Source: the human T2T-CHM13v2.0 reference genome, Homo sapiens
Assembly: GCF_009914755.1 (NCBI RefSeq)
Contig: NC_060926.1
DNA length: 64,000 nt
Strand: one strand, 5' to 3'
In this document: positions 57,100 through 64,000 of the stretch, piece after piece
Layout: the number at the start of each line of letters is the position of its first letter
Numbering within the stretch: position 1 is the first letter of the stretch
Program-made: the position numbers and the translations under genes
The notes under the pieces: model-generated
What the model was told of the DNA's origin: nothing
Databases searched by the model: none
What the model saw: only the letters and a program-made list of their open reading frames with translations

Positions 57100-57950
57100 C
57101 CACTCTCTTCCTGGGGTCAGGCGGCCACTTCCAAACCCTCATGGCGCTCAGCTCTCTGCCGGGTCCCCGCCGAGCCAGGTGCATCGGGCAAGTCGGATGG
57201 GGGGCGGGGAGAAGGGGAACGCGAGAAGGTGGGGGTGGGAGATCCGTGTTCTCCCGGGCCCTGGCCTGGGGGCCCGGCCGCTAGCGGTCAGGCTTAATAG
57301 GATCATGTCGGTGTAATCCCATTTCAGCCATTGTCATTCAGGAGGCCGCGGGGCAGAAGCTGGGGGGCCGGGCCCTTTAGGACGAAGGCGGCCACACCAG
57401 AGACGCACCGGCATGACAAAGGCCGCCAGGGACCCAGTGGCTGTGAAATAAAGAGATGAAGGCTTTGGGGGTGGGTGCCCGGAGTGACGTCCGCCCCCCC
57501 ACCCCGGGCCCGGCCCTGCCTCAGGCTTTTGCCTCGGGCCCAGGCCGCTCTCGAGCCGTGGGCGCGCCCTCGGGGCTCGGCCCCCGGTTTCGGTCTCAGG
57601 CCCCCGGGAGTATCAGGAGAACAAGGTCGCCCGAGATGGGCCGCCGCGCCCCCCGACGGCCTCCCTGCCTCCCTGAGTGTCCGAGCCGCCAGGCTGGTAG
57701 CGCAGCCGGGCCTCCTGCCTCTCTCCCTCGAGGCCCACGGGGTGCACGGCTTCCTGCAGGACCAGGCCTGGAGGCCTACCCCTGGGCTACCCTGGCCTCG
57801 GTTTCCCTCGCCCTAGCCTAGCACGTGCAGCTCTGGGCCGCACACTGGCGTCCTTCGGTGCCTGTTCCAGAGAGGGGATGAGGGTGTACCCGACCGCGGC
57901 ACGAAGCGGGTGGGCTGGGGAGGGGGGTGCTGGGAGTCAGTTTAGGAGCC
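57100..57950. promoter_or_regulatory. CpG-rich island downstream of GBX2
   Basis: Visibly high GC and CpG density in non-repeat DNA; CRE-like tgacgtcc and GC boxes near 57485. Confidence 0.65.
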
Positions 57951-57953
57951 CTA

Positions 57954-57956
<3 letters not shown>

Positions 57957-57998
<42 letters not shown>
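57957..57998. repeat. (GT)21 microsatellite
   Basis: Perfect dinucleotide run. Confidence 0.98.
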
Positions 57999-58000
<2 letters not shown>

Positions 58001-60459
58001 GGGGGCCTCGCGGTGGAGGCTAGGGTGTTGATGGTGGGCTGCCGAGGTGGGGAGCCGGAACAGCCCATAGGCCAGACCCGGGAAGAGCTCTGAGGTCCAG
58101 GTGGGGGTGGGGGCAGTGTGAACTGCGGAGGGGGTCAACCCAGGGACAGAAAGCGGGGGGTGCTCCATGCGTTGGAGGTTTGGGGTATGTGGAGAAAGCT
58201 CAGAGGCCAAACCCTGGCGGTGGGGGGAAAGTGGACTGCAGGATGCCGGGTGGGAGTCACAGACAAGAGTGGTGGGGGGTGCGAGAGTCCTCTAGGCAGA
58301 GGAGAAGGAATGGGGGGAGGGGCTTCCCGCCGCTGCATGGATACACTGAGAGGGAGCAGTCCACAGGGACGGGCTCAGGGGCACAGGGGGCGTTCAGCTT
58401 TGCTGGGTGCCTGGGGGCAGCATTTTTGGCTCCCCCAGTGGGGTCGGACCCTTGGCTATTGGGAATGTGGAGAAACCCGGCAAAGCAGGGTTGGACGTGA
58501 AAGGGAATGGCACATGCACACACACACTCCCACTGTCACCTGCTCACACCCACACAGACTCAAGCAGTTGCGCACCCGCCCACACACGCACACTCACACC
58601 GCTGCTCATCACAGAGCCACTCCGTGGGGACCAAAGGAGGCGCTCACAGGGACCTTTGAGTTCAAGCTGGAAAATCTGAGCGGGTTCCAGGGCAGCAGCA
58701 CCAGGCATGGGCCGCAAGGGCCTGGGTCAAGGGGCAGCCTCTCTGGGGGTGGGACCCCCACCAAGCCATGATCTGCCATTGGCCCCCCAGTCCAAGAAGC
58801 CTGGGTCCTCCCGCAGCTCCCAAATGCATGGGCCTGTCCCCCCACCCTCCCTCTGCCCCAGCGGAGCAGAGCCTGCCGCCTGCAGTGACAAAGTGTGCTG
58901 CCTGTCTCCCAGGCCCCTGTGCCAGCCAGGCCTCAGCGCAGCGCAGCGCTGCCGGGAGTCCCGCCTGTCCAGGGGAACTGCGGCTTGACCTTTCCCCAAA
59001 GCCACGGAGGGCAGGGCGGAAGTCGGCTTAGGCCCCCACTTCTGAACTGTTCAAATAGACAATCGGTTTTGATGATGTAATTTATAATTTATGCAGGTTG
59101 TCTACATACATATGGTGTTGCTTATGTGCGTTGGGGTTTCAGGTGCTTTATTACTCTGCCGGTGTGATTTGCATTCATGTTTGGTTACCAAGATCATATT
59201 TCTCCTGTTTACACCCTAAGGGCCTAAAATGAAGATGAATGCCACCTCCCTTCGTCTGGGCTGTCCCTGTAGAACCCCGGCCTTAGCTTCCCCCAAGACC
59301 CCAGAGCCCTGCTACCCTGGAACTGGGCCCTGAGCACTGCGCTGAAGCTGCCTGGGAGGACCCAGCGGCCAGAAGGTCGGAGCAGGCCACCTGCTCTGGC
59401 TGTGCATGCCTGGGCAGATGCCTGGGGTCTCTGGGGACAGAAATAGGTGTGTGCACTGGAGCCTCCTTCCCTGGGAAGCCACGGCTGGGCATAAGCGAGC
59501 CACTCTGCCACACCGCCACTGAAGTCCAGCAGGGGAAAGAAGAGGGCCCCGAGAGGGTCTCTGCTGCCCGCGCTGCTGAATGCGTGGGCTCCAGCCACTT
59601 GGGACTAGGAAGGCCCCGAGGTGAGAACCAGAGTGTGATCCAAAGGCTCCTGAGGCCGGAAAGCTAGAAGGTCACTCCCGGCTTTCAGTGCACCTAGAAC
59701 CACCCGCCATGGGGCATAACATGGGACTCTGTTCCAGACAGGTCTGGGGCTGGAGGGAGCAGCCTTGGAAGCCCTGTGCGAGCTTCACCAGATGCAGCTG
59801 AAATAATTAAGCCCATTAAGCTCAAACAAACAGAAACAAGAGGGAGAGGGTGCTGACCCTGAGAGAAAGGGTGTCTTGGAATGCAGGTACCAGCGATGTG
59901 CCCAGGCTTGTACAAGCACCTAGGCTGAAGGCCAGACGCACAGACAGCCATAGAGTCAGGATGTCCTCCGAGGCAAACCCGGGCTCAAAAAAGCCTGGGG
60001 GGGCCACTCCCTGCTCTCCATTTAGCTGACAAGGCATCTGTGAAAGAACCACCCAGGGGGCTGAAGACAGGAAGCAAAGGCTGGATGCACAAGCATGCAC
60101 TAAGTCTCGAAAATTCCAGCGCAGGTTGGGATTTGAGCAGCTTCCAGTGCAGGTGGGTCCCGGCTGCTGGGAAGGTAGTCCTGGGCTCCTTCTGGAAGGG
60201 GAAGTTGCTTGAGGCCCAGGACCAAACTAAAGAGGGTCCTGCCCCAAGAACAGGGAGATGGCTGCGGATTTTCAGCATACCTTGGGTTCTCCAATGGGGC
60301 AGGGGTGCCTGGCTTGCCAGGGAGCAAAGGCAGTCACTGGGTGGAGTGACTGTTCTTGTGGCCCCCCTCCGACCTCTGCCTGGGTCGGTGGCTGCGGGGT
60401 GCAGGCAGCCCTGAGGCGTCCCAGTGCACGGCTGGGGGGCGCAGGTCCAAGGAGCTCCC

Positions 60460-60920
60460 AAGTGTAATTATTTGATCTGCAGATGTAAGTGGAATTTATT
60501 GTAACAACAAATATAGTGATGTCAAAACCCAACCTTGGATTAAAGCCGGCAGCCAAAGGGGAAGTGTATTAATTTCCAACAGCATCTCAGGCCAGAGCCT
60601 ATTAGAACAAGCTATTCTTCAGGCCCCCCCATCAGAATTAATCATTGGGAGTTAATTTGAAGCTCAGACAAGTTGCTGTTAATTTAGTGCAGGGAGGACG
60701 GGATGGAATAAAAAGCTGAGGTGCTGGCCGAGCCTCGTGGGTCTCATTAATCAGCCAGCTGAGACGGCCTGGCTTGATTACAATTTGCAAAAAAATTCAT
60801 TAGGGCCCGGGCGATTGACAATTTTTCTCTCTGCCTGTGATGTGACTCATTAGGCAGCCAAATGAAAGCCATGATGACGGCCATGATGACAGCGGCCATC
60901 AAGCGCTGCTTGTTTATCTT
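60460..60920. promoter_or_regulatory. Candidate GBX2 3' enhancer / conserved non-coding element
   Basis: AT-rich unique block within GC-rich DNA with many TAAT/ATTA cores, GGATTA (60537), TGACTCA (60843), TGACAG (60887) and TGTTTAT (60911). Confidence 0.6.
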
Positions 60921-62700
60921 CCTCCCCTCGGCCTGTCTCCCGGGCCTTGGCCTCCCTGCCGGGCTCTCGGGGGCGCCCCGGGGCTCAGGGGTTAGGGAGG
61001 GAGGGGGTCAGCGCCCCGAGGAGCAGGAGGGAGGGCGGCATCGGCCAGCTTGGGGAGCTCGGGCCCTCTCCTCCTCGTGCCTCCATAGGGCGAGGACCTC
61101 GAGGCTGGGAGGGCCCGGAGCTCGGTCCCAGGAGCGGGGCTTCCTGACGGCGGCCTCCGGTTCCTAGTGGGCTTCGCTTTCCCGCCGGGTTTGTGCGGTC
61201 AAAGCTTCGGGTCCCTCTGCCCCTCATCCCTGCCATGGGCTTTTGGAGAAGGCGGGTGGGGTTACACCTGTTATGGTGGAAGGGGATATGGGGGGCACTC
61301 CAGGATCTGCGGGGAGTGCCAGGGTCTCTTCCCCCGACCCGCAGGGCCGGCGGGGCAGAGGCCGCAGCTCCCCAACCTTCCCGGGTAAACTCTTCGCCCC
61401 CAGCCACGCGCAGACTGGCTCAGGTGTGTGGGTCGGGGGACGGCGTCCCTGCGGGCCTCGAATGCTGCAGCAGCGTCGTGTGGCCAGTGGGTACCTGCCC
61501 CGAGCAGCAGGCGCTCACCGGCAACCTGCACTCAGCGCTTCCTGGCGGGCGGGATCCCGGCCTTGCGGCCCCCGCGCCAGGCCAGGGCGCGACCCGGGCG
61601 CCATCCCCTCCCTGCCAGGCTTCATGGCGCTGGGCGGGGCGCGGCCAGGAGCCTCTGCGGCTCTCGGCGCCCCGCAGAGCCGGCCGACGCCCTCGGAGGA
61701 CTGGCCCTTCTATTTTATTGGGCTCGAAAACCAAGTCTGGGCCATTTTCCGCCACCGGAACTGTTGGGAACGCGGCGGGAAAGGGTGACTCGGTCGCTCC
61801 CAGCCTTCACCCTGCGCCTGAAGTTTGGGTGGAGGTCTTGGTCCCCAGGCCCCTCCGCCGTGGGGAGGTGACGGCCTGTAAGTAGTAAAAATTAAGTCAA
61901 TATTAGTACTAACCCATGGCGGGCCGCGCTTCCCCTTCTTCGGCTGAGAACCTCGCCGAGGGCCGAGCGCCGCTGCATCGCAGCGGCTCACCGGCCTCCC
62001 CTCCTTCCCCCACTCGAAAGGCTGAGGCTGGCGAAGCCCCGGCTTCTCTCGCGCTTCGGGCTGCTGGCTTGGTGGCACCACGCTCACACTCGCTGGCCCG
62101 CTGAACGCCCCTGGGCCTGTCCGCCGCAGTATCTGGCGGCGCGCTTCGGGGTCCGGCAGCGAGCGGACAGGGCTCTGAGCGCAGGGCCGGGGTTGGGACA
62201 GGAGTGGGCTTGGGGACCAGGCACGCCCCACCGAGATGGGGAGGCGCGCAGCTCCCCGTCCCTTGCAGACCGACTCCCAGCTCCCCTGCGTAGCCTCTCC
62301 CGTTTTCCCCCTTTGTGGTGCGGACTACCGGGGCGTCCTTGGGGTGGGGCGGTGCCCGGGTCCCGCCCCCTCGACCCCGCCCGGAGGGGGAGGTGCCGGG
62401 GCCGGGGGCGCTCCAGCCAGCCTCCGCCTCCGACTGAGGGCTGCCGGGAAGCCGGCTGGGCTCGCTGGGTTTTTGCTCCTGTCGCCAGATAACGCCCGGA
62501 GCCTGATTTATGGACCCTCCACTCTGCCGGCAGGCGAGCACCGCTTCTTTTCGGGCCGGAGATATTTGTAAAGGAAAGACGTTTCCTCCCTGGCTGTAGT
62601 CGATTTGGAGCATCAGGAGTTTGTGCAAAGCCACCAATACCCGCACTCGCTTGCCTCCTCCGGGCACCCACCTCCTCCTCTGGCCGAAGTTTGCCGGCCT
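60900..62700. promoter_or_regulatory. Large CpG island just 3' of GBX2
   Basis: About 1.8 kb of very CpG-dense unique sequence; typical of Polycomb-target developmental loci (inference). Confidence 0.85.
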
Positions 62701-62969
62701 ACTAGGTATCGATTAGGCTGTGCAAAAGGGGGAGATAGATTTCTAAGGTGAGAATTAGGTTTTCTTAAATTCGTAATCCTATCGGCCCTCTTGCCCTCCT
62801 ATTTTAAACCTGGCAAAGTGCTGGGTGGCTCAAGTCCAGGATGCCTAAGGAGACCTGTTTCAGGGGACGTTTCTCCAGTACTGGTCCCAGACCAGTTGCC
62901 CGGCCACACCCTGGCAGTGCCCGGGACGGTCAAATTCTGGACACACTTATGAGGCCCAGGGATTGGTCT

Positions 62970-63640
62970 TTTTCCCCCCCTCTCTCCTTTTTATTATTCA
63001 CAAGACTGAAATTGTTTAAATGTCATAACTTATAAGAAAATAAGCTACATTGAAATAAATTAACACAACGGAGACGTGCTTCACATGGCTCAGATAGGAT
63101 AGGCAACCCCAGGGGAAACCAAAGCCAGGCAAAAGCAAAGCAAAGCAAAGCGAATTTCCAGGCTGCCTAACAATGTCTGCTTTTCAGTCAACTCAAAAAG
63201 CCAGAACGCAAACCAAAATCAGTTTAAACCCCAGTGCTTGTTCTTGGGTTTCACGTTTACCTTTGGAAAAGTATGGAAAGGTGGCTGCTAACCGCGCAGA
63301 TTACAGCAGAGGTTTTGTTTTCTTCTGGAATGAGTGGAGAAATTACTGGGTAATTAAGTCCTATAACTTTCAAAATACTGCAGCTGAGATCCAGTCTATA
63401 GAGATATTTATGTACAAAGTAGGATAGTATAATAAATATTTAGCGTGTCTTCTGGTGTGGCTGTAAGCCCCTTCAAAAGCAGTCTTTTAAGCCCATTTAG
63501 TGAATATATTCTCAATTTGCTTGGGATGGCCACAGCTGGGCTGTGACTTTGTTGCTTCAAACACAGTGGAGTCCACCATGGGTTCCCTCGGGTGCGGGGG
63601 CTTCTCCAGGTGGGTGCCAGGCCCTGGCCCTTCTGGACCC
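62970..63640 (-). other. GBX2: GBX2 3' UTR
   Basis: AU-rich region after the stop codon on the minus strand, ending near AATAAA (tttatt on + at 62990-62995). End is approximate. Confidence 0.7.
62990..62995 (-). terminator. GBX2 polyadenylation signal AATAAA
   Basis: tttatt on the + strand; the only canonical hexamer I saw in this UTR on the minus strand. Confidence 0.65.
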
Positions 63641-64000
63641 TCAGGGCCGGGCCTGTTCTAGCTGCTGATGCTGACTTCTGATAGCGAACCTGCTGACGTG
63701 GACAGGGATGGGGACGACGATCTTAGGGTTCCGGGAGGGCTCCCCTGTCTTGGAATTGGCATTGCCTGCCTTCACCCGTTTCCACTTGGCCCGTCGGTTC
63801 TGGAACCAGATTTTCACCTGCACCTCGCTGAGTTTGAGGGCGTGGGCGATCTGCGAGCGCTCGGTCAAGGAGAGGTACTTTTTGCAGTGGAACTCCTTCT
63901 CTAGCTCCAGCAGCTGCTCGCTGGTGAAGGCAGTCCGCCGCCGCCGGTTCTTGCCCGTAGACGTGGTGCTGCCCGCGGCGCCGCTGCTCGGCGGGGTCTC
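63641..64000 (-). CDS. GBX2: GBX2 (gastrulation brain homeobox 2) last coding exon, partial (continues past the window edge)
   Basis: Minus-strand frame open from 64000: [119 protein letters not shown]. Complete GBX-class homeodomain at 63770-63949 (WFQNRR, Q50) and GBX C-terminal [10 protein letters not shown] motif. Confidence 0.97.
   Translation of the reverse strand, partial: ETPPSSGAAGSTTSTGKNRRRRTAFTSEQLLELEKEFHCKKYLSLTERSQIAHALKLSEVQVKIWFQNRRAKWKRVKAGNANSKTGEPSRNPKIVVPIPVHVSRFAIRSQHQQLEQARP

Noticed and set aside
60862-62671. Many long Pro/Arg/Gly-rich ORFs on both strands
   Set aside because: Expected stop-codon depletion in a CpG island.
63641-63868. ORF track start at 63868 (MTERSQ...)
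   Set aside because: This is an internal TTG leucine of the GBX2 homeodomain; the frame is open to the window edge.

Overview
Eukaryotic, primate DNA (very probably human, chromosome 2q37 from gene order; identified by recognition, not a database search). It holds the 3' end of AGAP1 on the + strand: about 17.9 kb of intron, a 256-nt penultimate coding exon (17906-18161; end of ArfGAP domain plus ankyrin repeat), the last coding exon (21638-21841) and a probable ~7.7 kb 3' UTR ending at a strong poly(A) site near 29510. A repeat-dense intergenic stretch (30-53 kb) follows, with many Alus, L1/L2/MIR remnants, MaLR LTRs, DNA-transposon fossils and a Y3 RNA retro-pseudogene. Next is an Alu-free, CpG-rich zone leading to the convergently transcribed homeobox gene GBX2 on the - strand (homeodomain exon CDS 63641 to the window edge; 3' UTR to ~62970). 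Almost all ORFs in the supplied track are spurious (Alu, low complexity, GC-rich DNA). I found no evidence for a wholly new biological system. The most promising unexplained signals are several non-repetitive blocks rich in homeodomain, PBX-HOX and POU motifs (candidate GBX2 enhancers, some inside AGAP1 introns), the alternative-polyadenylation architecture of the AGAP1 UTR, a signal-peptide-like downstream ORF, a CTCF-like site between the genes, and a minisatellite born inside a MER3 element. Repeat subfamily names come from recalled consensus sequences and repeat boundaries are approximate.
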